This document shows positions 12,131 through 22,732 of a DNA stretch of 45,803 nt, one piece after another. Source of the DNA: Dimargaris cristalligena (Eukaryota); contig ML002299.1 in the NCBI GenBank assembly GCA_003614675.1, forward strand, positions 1-45,803, in the 5' to 3' direction. A model generated the notes under the pieces. It ran no database searches. It worked only from the letters and a program-made list of their open reading frames with translations, and had not been told where the DNA came from. The position numbers and the translations under genes are program-made. Numbering within the stretch: position 1 is the stretch's first letter; each line of letters begins with the position of its first letter.

Positions 12131-14037
12131 GGTTAGGCTAAGGGACCTAAAGCTGGTCAGCGATGGGAGCTTTCTTGGTAATATGGGTATGTCGATGGGT
12201 GAGGCGCCAGACGGTCGCTGTAAGCAGGTTAATGGACACAAATGGGGAAAAATGAGTTCAATTAAGGAAAAAGAGCTCTCGAAAGGCTAGTGATGGATTC
12301 GTAGGTGGAGTGGTATACTAATTGATATAGGTTGTATTTGGCGATAAAACAGAAGGTGGAAATGAGAGCTGCCCAGGCCTAATGGAAGGCCCGCGCCCCA
12401 TGTTACCAGTACTATCCTGTTCTGGGAAGGCCAATTGAAAGAAGTCGCATGACGTCCCCACATATCCATTATTCCCAGTGGCTCAGCCTATTTGGAACTA
12501 TGTTGGATCTTCTTAATTGGTCCATAGTGGCTATTTCTACTGCAAATCATTTATAACCTCCATTTATAGCCTTCATTTTACGACAACTGGGCCACATTAA
12601 TTGTTCTTGTGGTTGAACAGTTTAATAGAGAGAGGCAACAATGGGTATTTGATATTATTTCAATTTAGTAGTCCATATTTTTTACTATCTACGGTCATTT
12701 TGCCCATCGTTGGTAACACCTCCTTCGGAGTGAATTTTAGGCATCGTCCGCGACGAGCCAGTCACGGAATTGTAAGCTCGCCATTGGTCCATACAATCCG
12801 TCCCCGTCCGAAATATCATTCCCATTATGGGCTCGCATTGCTTTTTTTCGGGCTTTAGTAGATTACTCCCCTCCACATTAATTTCTAGACCGTCTATGCA
12901 TTCAGCTGACTAAAACTAGATATGTTTTGGAGGACATGGGAGGGGCTATATTAATGTTTGTTAGCAAAAGCACTTTGTCAGTTTAATCACGCCCTTTTAA
13001 AGTTTTAATGGAAGTTGAGAACTTCCATTGCCGAATAAACACGCTGGTAAAAGCAAGTCTGTGGGTTAGTTAGTCAGTGCCTTTTGAGAACTCTGGCGTG
13101 ACTATTACTAATGAATTCCCATTAAATTAGACCGTTATCGTCGGGGGCGTCGAATAAAACGAAGGGTATATTTCTATTCTATACCTAAAACTGGTTTTCG
13201 GCCTATTTTTATCTTCGCCGCGGGCTAACGGGCCTTTCGACGCCCTCGGGCTTTTTAACTCTACGGCGTACTACGCCTACAATGGAAAACGAAAACAAGA
13301 TCCAAGCCATTTTCTTTTTCCATAGTAGCCAATAAATAATGCGCCCTGTATTTTCACATCTAGGGAGGGAAAAGGACCGCAGGGCTGATTAGACCCCAAG
13401 CCCAACGCCTCGTTTTCCTAGCCACAGTTGGAAACCAATTAATACACGGTTGCTAAAAACTGCGCCGTTCCCAATAACCCCAGTTGATTCGCCAATAAAC
13501 TTGCGTGGGCGCAACTAAACCACCACCACACCAACACGTAAGGCACTCTTATTAGACGATGAATCGAGATGGAGGGGGACTGACGAGCCAGGGCAGGCTA
13601 ACAAACGGTCGAAACCTCGAGTTACTGGAAAATGGGCGTTCCATCCCAGCCGACATGGCGTCAGTACCTCGAAAGGAACGACCTTTGTCTTGCGTGGGCT
13701 GAATTTTTTTAGGGAATATTTATAGGCTCTTCCATCGTTAAATTATATTTGACCACTGCCTATCGCCGCCAGTGGCGTAGTGCACCACTAGCCAATTCTG
13801 ATGGTGACGCTCTTTGGTTCCCTTTGAGGCACCTGGATCAGGAACGACTCGTTCATATTACTGGAATTCCTTAAGGGCGGGATAATGAAGCCCCACTTAA
13901 ACCAATGGTCCATTACTTACTGGCTACTTATGGGCAAATGATAATCATGTGTGATGATGGGTTTTCAGTGTATAATAATCTAGTTTTCAGCGAATATAAC
14001 CACTGCCGCACCGACAATGCCCAACGTTTGCCAAAAG

Positions 14038-14045
14038 TATAAATA
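14038..14045 (+). promoter_or_regulatory. Putative TATA box of the expansin-like gene
   Basis: TATAAATA about 210 nt upstream of ATG 14248, followed by an A/C/T-rich leader. Confidence 0.5.
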
Positions 14046-14247
14046 GGAGTCCAGATCGACCGTCAGAAACAAATAATTATCCTACATCAACATTCTTGTA
14101 ACAGTTATATTCATTTCCGGTACTACTTTTACATATCCACGTCACAAGCGCTTTTCTCAAGAGACTGTTTCTAAACCTCTCGCACTACTCGACAACTACT
14201 CTTACGTGAATTTTCACCTATCTTATTCATTTATTAACATCGCCACA

Positions 14248-14784
14248 ATGACTCGCGCTGCCACTTACACCGCTCTCCTTCTCGGTGCCTTGATCACCAA
14301 TGTCGGCTACTTTGCGTCCGCCCACCCCGCCGACGATATCAAGTACGTCGTGGAAACCGTCGTAGACTACCAAACCCAGACGGTCGAAGGCGATTCTGAA
14401 GCAACGCCCGTTGCCGAGCACCGCCGCCGACGTGAATCTATCCGTCGCCGGGATGACTCTGGCAGTGGGGAACAATACACCGGTGATGGTACTTATTACA
14501 GTCCCTCGGTTGGTACCGGCTCGTGCGGTTGGGACAATAGCGACAGCGAAAAGGTCGTTGCACTTAATGCCCCCCAGTTCGGCAACCCGGCTAATCCTAA
14601 CGCCAGCCCCTACTGTGGTAAGAAGGTCAAAATCACGGGCCCCAACGGAAGCACCGAGGCTAAGATCGTGGATAAATGCCCCGTGTGTAAGTCCGGGGAT
14701 CTCGACATGAGTCCGGCTGCCTTCGACGAGGTCGGCGACCAAGACGCTGGCCGGATACCCATCACCTGGTCCTTCATCGACTAA
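14248..14784 (+). CDS. Secreted expansin-like / loosenin-type RlpA double-psi beta-barrel (DPBB) protein
   Basis: Signal peptide MTRAATYTALLLGALITNVGYFASA, then polybasic RRRRESIRRR. DPBB motifs GDGTYY..G.GSCG, VALN, CGKKVKI, IVDKCPVC..GDLDMSPAAF, GRIPITW. Intronless. Confidence 0.92.
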   Translation: MTRAATYTALLLGALITNVGYFASAHPADDIKYVVETVVDYQTQTVEGDSEATPVAEHRRRRESIRRRDDSGSGEQYTGDGTYYSPSVGTGSCGWDNSDSEKVVALNAPQFGNPANPNASPYCGKKVKITGPNGSTEAKIVDKCPVCKSGDLDMSPAAFDEVGDQDAGRIPITWSFID

Positions 14785-15223
14785 GCCGATCATAATTGTC
14801 CAGTAATTTCAAAATTGCTTCGGGAACATCACGTGACCTCACATCCCTTCCTCTAGGCTGAAAATTACAGCTGCAGGCTCAGTTGTCCAACAAAACACTC
14901 TCTTTACTTTTTCGTTTACGCCCTTTCTCTCTGTACACAGCATAGTAAATAGTCGCTAGTTTATTATAGCTTGGCTAATGCCACATGACACCGTCTTATA
15001 CTCAAATCGGTACCACCTAAATAAAATAAATAAAAATTGTATACTGTTCGAAATATGAATGAACAAATAACTATATATAACAATATGAAAGTAGTAGGCC
15101 AAACCTAGCTGGACACTGTCGAAGAAATCCAACTATTAAATCATAAAGGATACCAAAAAAAAAAAAAGGCTACTGCCATATTTTTATAAGTGAGTTAGGG
15201 ATTAGATGGTCTAAGCGCGACCA

Positions 15224-16153
15224 CTAAGTGTATCTGCCTAACTCCATGGTATAATAAATACCCACTTTAGCATACCCCATTCGAACACTTTTGGGGTTGA
15301 TCATATTCAAATAGTGGCCTTCGGACTTGGTCCATCCGTTCATGGCTTCCGCGGCGGTTACGTAACCATAGGCCACATTTTCCGCACAGAAATTCCACTT
15401 GACACCCGCTTTGCTTAGACGCGCACCCAGCGAGCCAGCAGAATCATTGTGGGTCATTGTATGGATTGAGTTCTGGTAGTTCGAGTGTTTGACGGCCAAA
15501 GCGTTGAGGGTGGCGTCCATTACCGCCGGCTGAAGACCCAGAGACCTGCGTAGTTCATTGAGTTTATCGAGTATCAGCCGAGCGTCCTTCGGCTCGGATC
15601 CGCCACTGGTATTAGGATCACTGGGCGCTGGGGTAGTGGTCGGCTCCGTGTCATTTTTGGTTGATGTGGGCTGTTTCTTGGTCGTTGTGGTCTTGGGTTT
15701 TTTAATGAGGACATTCGTAGGAGCTGTATGATTGTTTTCGGTTACAGTGGCTGGTTCTGGGGTAGTATCCGGCATACCCACGGTGGTTGTCAGGGTTATG
15801 GTGCGCGTAACTGTTACGACCTGGCCGCCTGGAATATCGGGTCTTGCGGCGTTTGTAGACTCATCTTTCGTCGGGGAGGACTGGTAGTAGAGGGTTTTCA
15901 CGGGTTGAGCCCTGGGTTCAAGCTTACGGCGAGGCTCAAGTAAGTTTTGGGCCAGCAGGCCCCCTGCATTGCGTCGCAGCTGTCGTTCGGTAGTGGCACT
16001 TGCCTGGCCGACGGGTCCGTTGCTGTCATTCGGCAGAGAGTTGATAGCAATGGGATTAGGGGTTACTCCTTGGGATCTAATGACCTGTCCCGAAGGTGAT
16101 CCTTTTGCGATCGCGATGATAGCCAGCATCGAAATGACAAGAGCTGACTTCAT
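15224..16153 (-). CDS. Secreted CAP/SCP-domain protein 1 (bacterial YkwD-like type) with Thr/Pro-rich stalk
   Basis: Likely start MKSALVISMLAIIAIAKG (ATG at 16153). C-terminal CAP: LNELRRSLGL, KHSNYQ..MTH, AENVAYG, W.KSEGHYLNMINP. Intronless. Confidence 0.88.
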   Translation of the reverse strand: MKSALVISMLAIIAIAKGSPSGQVIRSQGVTPNPIAINSLPNDSNGPVGQASATTERQLRRNAGGLLAQNLLEPRRKLEPRAQPVKTLYYQSSPTKDESTNAARPDIPGGQVVTVTRTITLTTTVGMPDTTPEPATVTENNHTAPTNVLIKKPKTTTTKKQPTSTKNDTEPTTTPAPSDPNTSGGSEPKDARLILDKLNELRRSLGLQPAVMDATLNALAVKHSNYQNSIHTMTHNDSAGSLGARLSKAGVKWNFCAENVAYGYVTAAEAMNGWTKSEGHYLNMINPKSVRMGYAKVGIYYTMELGRYT

Positions 16154-17182
16154 TATGCTACAATGGGCCGGGAAACGGAAGGGAAGGGGGGGGGGTAGTA
16201 GGCAAAGCGGAATACAGCCTTTAATAGAAACAAATGCTGTAGCCAGTATAGAATAGGGGATTAAGATTTGAATACTCAATAGTTTAAAAGGGCAGTGCGT
16301 GGTTTTTATATCCAATCTTTAAAGACACCACTTTTCTCAGCCTTTAGTTACCAATTGTGGCAAAAAAATAAACTATAGCGAGTGGATTCCGCTGCTGCAT
16401 TCGAATTTATTGATCAACTGTCCGAGTTTCCCTATCCATAGCAGGGTTATCCAGTAGCTCCACGATACTGATAAAAGAACAAAAATGTTCTTAATTCGTT
16501 TTACGCATCTCATCCACTATCTATGATATGTCGTGGGTTCTCAATGTTCGTTTCTGAGGCAGAAATCCCAATTAGAACCCTAGAGTCGGATAATAGAACC
16601 ACATAACTCGTTTTTAATCCCTCCTACGGTTGTTATGAATGGATATCCCCATGTAAGTCTAGGCATAGTATTAGACCTAATGCCACTGGCTATATTTTTA
16701 GAACCTACCCAATTGTCTATGTACCCTTAAGCTACAATGGTACCATTTGAATTGATTCATACCTGCTAAGTATGGTGCCAACATTATGTTTATAATAAGT
16801 TCTCGGGGCTCTACTGTCACTGTAACGTCGTTGTGCCGTGTTGCCCGTATCACAATGCTAGGCAGCTCTCATAAATATATATCGGTAAGCTTTATTCACG
16901 ATCTAAAAAAAAACCCCCCACCCCCCGAATATTTAATTATCATCCATCGACGCCCTACGCTTATATCTGATTTCGGCATTTTAGAGCGTTATTGACAAAT
17001 ATACAATTCAAAAATCAATCATTAGTCTATAGATGAAATACGTATATAGTACACTAGTATTGTAAATTAATTGCGAACAAGCAAAGAACACATGGTTACT
17101 AATGGACTATTGATAGCAAGCGAAGGGAAGGAAAATGGCTCAAACATAGAGCCCATCTCCTTGAACTATGATAGGGAGAAGG

Positions 17183-18007
17183 CTAGGAGTCTCCTGGATA
17201 ATGTGCGAACATTTGGGTGGAGTACTTTCCCGAACGAGCATAGCCCATCCGTATACTATCGGGGTTCAGAATATTGGCTCGGTGACCAGGTGATTTCATC
17301 CAGGCTTCCATGTCCGCGGTCGGGTCTGGATAACCCATGGCCACATTTTCGGCCACCGAGTCCCAGCCTGGTTTGATGCGGGATAGTCGCTGGTCGGCGG
17401 AACCTTGGGGGTCATCGTGGGTCATCTTCCCCGAGGCCTTTTGGTAGTCGGAATGGGCCTGGGCCACCCGAGTCAGGTCGGAATCGGCAATGGTGGGTTG
17501 GAGCCCCAATTTAGCCCGGGCTTGGTTGACTGCTTCGAGCACCACACCCACCGCATTGTCGGCGCCCACCAAGTTGGGCAATTCCAGTGGGAGATCTTGG
17601 GCTTGGGCCAACTCTGAATTAGGTTCATTCAAAGTGATGTTCGTCGGCTCTTTGCTGTTGAATATTCTAGGCAAATTCCATTCATCTTCATTGGCAGGGC
17701 TGGTGGGGGTTGGAACACCGGCGATTACAGTCACCGTAACTATGACCTTAACTTCGCCGGGGATTGAATCATTTGATTGCTTGAGAGGGTCCTGGTCCGC
17801 CATGATAGCCGGCTTCGGCACGTCGACGTAGGCGCGCCTGGTTCCTTGTGGCCGGGTCTGGGCGTAATGGAGTTTGTCGATGACTAGGCTGTCGGCGTTC
17901 GCTGCATGGGCCGTTCGTACCAATAGAGGTAGTATATTAACAGAGTTCCCAGAAGCGACATGGGTTCCGAAAATTGCTACAGCTGTAGCAATCTTGCTTA
18001 TGAGCAT
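17183..18007 (-). CDS. Secreted CAP/SCP-domain protein 2 (bacterial YkwD-like type)
   Basis: Signal peptide MLISKIATAVAIFGTHVASG. CAP: VNQARAKLGL, AHSDYQ..MTH, AENVAMG, WMKSPGHRANILNP, YSTQMF. Intronless. Confidence 0.9.
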   Translation of the reverse strand: MLISKIATAVAIFGTHVASGNSVNILPLLVRTAHAANADSLVIDKLHYAQTRPQGTRRAYVDVPKPAIMADQDPLKQSNDSIPGEVKVIVTVTVIAGVPTPTSPANEDEWNLPRIFNSKEPTNITLNEPNSELAQAQDLPLELPNLVGADNAVGVVLEAVNQARAKLGLQPTIADSDLTRVAQAHSDYQKASGKMTHDDPQGSADQRLSRIKPGWDSVAENVAMGYPDPTADMEAWMKSPGHRANILNPDSIRMGYARSGKYSTQMFAHYPGDS

Positions 18008-20808
18008 CGGTGTTAAGGCGCTACTTGGAAAAACAGTGAATCTAGGTGTTCAGCAATATTAGAACCGTCCTAATTCAAACGACTTGATTGGTGGGTGCTG
18101 TTGAGGTTGGTAGCAGTCAAAAACACGTTATTACTAAGGCTAATTAAAGTAGTAATTAGGGGAATTGTATAATAACCGTAAATTGGTATCACGATAAGCG
18201 TGTCAGCGAGAGATTTGAGCAGGCGGAAGTATATACTAGAAATCAGGGTAAGAGCATTGTGGCAGGGCTACTGGACAGTTATATATATATATTACTGGTA
18301 TAGATAGGGCTATTTATCGTCGATATTTTTTAAATAGCCCTTGGGATTATTGTGAATAGCACCCATTAGCAAATATAAAAAGATGTAGGTGCTATAATAA
18401 TCGTTTATTTCTACAGGCGCGATGAAAGATGGAGTGGCAAAACCTCGCAAAGGCCCTTAAAAGACACTGGGCTGATGGTGATAAGTGTTCCTCTGACTTA
18501 TTGGGTTCATTGTTCATATGGTTAACAAAGTAGAGGTATGACAGGTTCCTGCCTAGGATCCCAAAGGCAGCATAGCCATTGCAGCCCTTCGGGATTATGA
18601 CGACTGGTCGGCCTTCTCTTGGCTCTTTAATATTTGTTCAGCGCACCTTTGTTTGCTACGTTAGCTGAAAGAGGGGAAACGAATTCCGCAAATACCAGAG
18701 TTCAGTAGGGGGTCGTTTTGGCTTCATTGTGACTTACTTACTATAGCTAAGTAATAAAATTCAAATATATGATCCATATTATTAATTGGTCATTAAGCTA
18801 CTATCAGTCAGCATAGTTGTGGGGTTATCGTCGCCTTAGAAGGCTGGCGGGAAAGACCATATGTCTCAATGAGGTCAGCTATGACTGCTCATTCGCCCCA
18901 ACCCTGCATTACCAAAGGCCGGTGTATATGTATTGTATAGGAGTGTAATTGGGGCAATGGTAAATAAAAATGGAGATTCCAAATAAAAAAAATGACAATA
19001 GTAGTCGTTTATAGTGCTGCCAACTTTGGTGCTGGGGGTATATGTAAGTAAATGAATGGTCCGAATACTATTTAACGAAGGTGGAAAATAAGGACCCGTG
19101 ACCCCCTTTCAGGAGGCTCGCCAACCCCCTCCCTCGTTACCATACGGATATTTGGAAGGCATTTCCAATAAACCCGGGTGACCAGCCTAAGTTTCTTACC
19201 CTGAGTAGCTGTCTTGACAAAGTAGTAATGGCCAGGCAACCTTTATCCGTCCCCCTAGCATCAATTGGAAATATGATTGACCATTTGATTGCAGAAACGA
19301 CTTAATTCGTTGAACTTGTATTTATTGTAGAAGCTATCGCATGTTAATCCCGACGGTGGTTTGACTAGAGCTTGGATCAGATAAAAACATGGAGAACCCA
19401 TTCCCCCCACTAGGCTACCCAAGCCTATTAAGGGGCAAATTGTCTCCAGGAAAAGGACATCATCTGCGAGACATGCATTACATAGACCAGCAGGAAACGC
19501 CAGAAAAGGGATGAATGGCGGGTTGGAAGTCATGAGGTGAAATACCCCGGTCATTGGTTTTGCTACCCCCCTTCCAATAAGCTGCTGGTGTAAGAGGCAT
19601 TTATTGGCAAAAACATGACTTGCTAATGTGGGGCTTTTTTACCCCGCTTGGCGCTTAAATGTAGGCAGGAGTAGGGCATTGGGGGCTGGGCTATTCGTCT
19701 ATTTTTGTCACAGCCCACATGGAATGAGTCCTTGGGTGTCTGAAAAGGATGGCTATACCATGTACCTGTCCATTAAGACTTTGAAGTCACCACTGCCATA
19801 CACTTCTTAACACACTATTCAGATAACGGCCGAAGCGTCTTCTCCGGACCTACTGCACGGCCGATCTATGATTATTTAGATCCTTGGCTATTCAATGGAT
19901 ACCCGAAACTAACCCAAAAACCTCCCTGCTGGAACCAAGAGTGGTCGTTTAATCGGGTCTTTTGTATACCCAATTCGCCACCAATACACGATCTATACTA
20001 TCTCTCCTAGTTCACAGTGTAATTCGCTCAATTATGTGGCCTGTCCTTTTGTGAGCTGCACCACCCCTTAATGAATGAATGGCGGGCTTTCTATTACCCT
20101 TGTACTTTCCACCGAAAAACGAACGTTTCTTTTGACCATGCTCGACTGGGCTGCTCCTCTCCCTTTCACCACCCGTTCCTCAATCATGGAGAAGCGCCTC
20201 GCTGCGTCCATTCAGCCTACAAACGGTGCATAGGGCCGGGGTGGAGTTCCTACAAATCTAACCGGCGACCTCTCCCAATTAAGCAGTCGAAATAGGTCGC
20301 TAAGGGACACTGCCTGACTGGTCACTGAACCGCCGCATTACCTTTTAAACGAGTATGTCGGAGTTGGTGGTCATTAGATCTTCGGCCAACTGTTATAGTC
20401 TGCATGTTCATCTAAATAAGCCAATATGAAGAGCTAGACGGGTCACCACCGGCTGAGTTATAGGGAAAGCGGGGGTGATTCATGCCCGCTGAACCCGGCC
20501 GGGTTTCTTCAGCGGCACAATGGTCCAAAGGGGAGTTCAGTGTGGATAGCCGCATGGAAGGACAACAGCCATGCATAAGTGCATGGTACCTTCTGGAGAG
20601 CCGGCCGATAGTTGCAGTACATGTCCCACTGGGCTACGGCTACTGCCACCGTCTCCCCCCCTTTTTCGACACACCCGACAAAAGTTGGAAGGTGGGCTAG
20701 TGGTGGACACGGGCAACTTCGTTGACCTCAACTTTCTGTACCCAAAACTTACTTACCCACTGACCCTGCCCGCTAAATGAAAGGCTGTCTGTATATTAAA
20801 TGCGTTCA

Positions 20809-20816
20809 TATAAATA
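20809..20816 (+). promoter_or_regulatory. Putative TATA box of CAP gene 3
   Basis: TATAAATA followed by a ~300-nt pyrimidine-rich leader to ATG 21112. Confidence 0.45.
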
Positions 20817-21111
20817 GTAGAGAGAATGACTCCCCAATGATATATCCTCATCACCCATCGCTTCTATCTGTTGTTTGATACAACTTGTAGCCACATCTTT
20901 CCTTCGACTCGTATTCATTACCACCCTGTCACTTTTGGCCATTACTTTCATTTATCACTGTGTGATATTCGCCAATTCCTACTATTTCTTTGGATCTGTA
21001 ATTGATTTCTGGCTGGTTATCCGGATCGCTTCCATATCCTACCGATACTATTGTGGCTTACATTTTTACCCACCCGCCCACCTACCATCCCACCTACACG
21101 TCTCATTCAAC

Positions 21112-21771
21112 ATGAAGGTCAGCATCGCCTGTATTGCCAGCCTCTTCATCGCTGCCGCCGCTAGTGTCAACGCCAGCCCCGCGGTTGAGGGGAGCGCGCG
21201 CCATGCCATTGAACAACGCGCGGAGCCTAAGTTCGGTGCCCCGATCACGCTAAGCCCGCGGGACGGGCTCGGTGCCTCGGACGAAGGGCACCTTCTCCAG
21301 CGTCGCCAGGGCTGGGGCCGCAGCCGGGGTCGTGGCCGCGGTAACAACAACGATGACGACCTTGATCGTGACTACCAAGGCGGTCGGAACAGTGGGTCCA
21401 ACCAGGCCAACAATCAGTACATGCTCCAACTGGTGAACAACGCCCGCCGTCGGGCGGGTCTGCGTCCGGTCGAATACGACCAATCATTGGAAGAAATGGC
21501 CATCCGCCATAGCCAATACCAGGCCAATTCCCGGGATATGACCCATTACGACCCGAATGGTTCGTTGGGCGACCGGACCAACCAGGTCGGCGTGCGCTGG
21601 GGCTCGGTGGCCGAAAACGTCGCCGAAGGCCAGAATAGTGAAGAGGACGTCATGGATGCCTGGATGGGCTCTTCCGGCCATCGCCGTAATATCCTCAGTC
21701 CGAGCAGTACCGCCACCGCCGTGGCCAAGGTTGGCCAATACTGGACCCAGGTTTTCGCCCAGATGGATTAG
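21112..21771 (+). CDS. Secreted CAP/SCP-domain protein 3 (bacterial YkwD-like type)
   Basis: Start MKVSIACIASLFIAAAASVNA at CAACATG. CAP: VNNARRRAGL, RHSQYQ..MTH, AENVAEG, WMGSSGHRRNIL, YWTQVF. Intronless with GC-rich codons. Confidence 0.92.
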   Translation: MKVSIACIASLFIAAAASVNASPAVEGSARHAIEQRAEPKFGAPITLSPRDGLGASDEGHLLQRRQGWGRSRGRGRGNNNDDDLDRDYQGGRNSGSNQANNQYMLQLVNNARRRAGLRPVEYDQSLEEMAIRHSQYQANSRDMTHYDPNGSLGDRTNQVGVRWGSVAENVAEGQNSEEDVMDAWMGSSGHRRNILSPSSTATAVAKVGQYWTQVFAQMD

Positions 21772-22732
21772 CCGTTGATTTTCTTTGCTGTGCCGGCGCT
21801 TCTTATGCTGTGGAATCAAGGATCGCATTATTCGACCCTGCTCTTTGACCTATATTTGTAACTGTGATCTACGATCACTATATTCCACTGGTCTTTCTTC
21901 GGAAAGATATCCTATTCATTACTGATAAAGTTGTGTCTTGGAATAACAAATCCACGATGGTCAAATCGATAGCCAGACAATGATTTGGTGGTTCTAGTAG
22001 TAGCAATAATACGCGTGGCTTCTGTAACTGAGGGTGCTATACAATTAGAATATAATAATATTTCACTAAGTTGCTGTGGGAAGGGTAAAGTGGTTTATGT
22101 TAACCCAGGTCCGAATAGTAGGTCCCTTCATTTTGAACGACGATATAGAGTTTTTTTTTAAAAAAATCAGCCGTATAACGAGAATCCCGCTTGGAAAGGT
22201 ATAATTTTACGAATTAAATACAATGGTTCGACATAATACTCCATCTTAAACTCTTAGAACATCTCTTCCAACTCCCGGTGTAAGAATTGCTGCTATTGCA
22301 AGTCTATTAATTAATGACTTCTACCCAAGTATTTCCACATTTACTGTTATTCTAAATAGATATAAAATATACACATAGGAGTATATGGATTTCGGCCACT
22401 TCAACCACGACCGTTTTATAGTTTGTGTAAAAATAAACTGATGCCCACAAGACTATCATCCTATCCTGGCCATGATGAATAAGACAATAGCTCATGCGTA
22501 CACCATCCGAGCCCAACTGTTTTGGTTACTCGAACGAGTTTGTCGAGGTGGGTCGAATATAAGGCACGGTTTTAGGGGGAACGTCAGAGGGGAACGGGTT
22601 AGGCAAGTGGAAGAGCAAACGACGAGGAGATGGAATCGACTCTGGCAAGTTATCATCCAATTGGAGGAAGAGGATAGGCGAAGGGTGTGTGATTCAAGAA
22701 AAAAAAATGAGAGAATGTGTGTTGTTTTTTGT

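Noticed and set aside
20875-21111. Hydrophobic N-terminal extension of the CAP3 ORF (similar extensions on CAP1, DPBB and LEA_2 ORFs)
   Set aside because: They start at TTG/GTG and are T-rich 5'UTR read-through; true signal peptides or starts follow at downstream ATGs.
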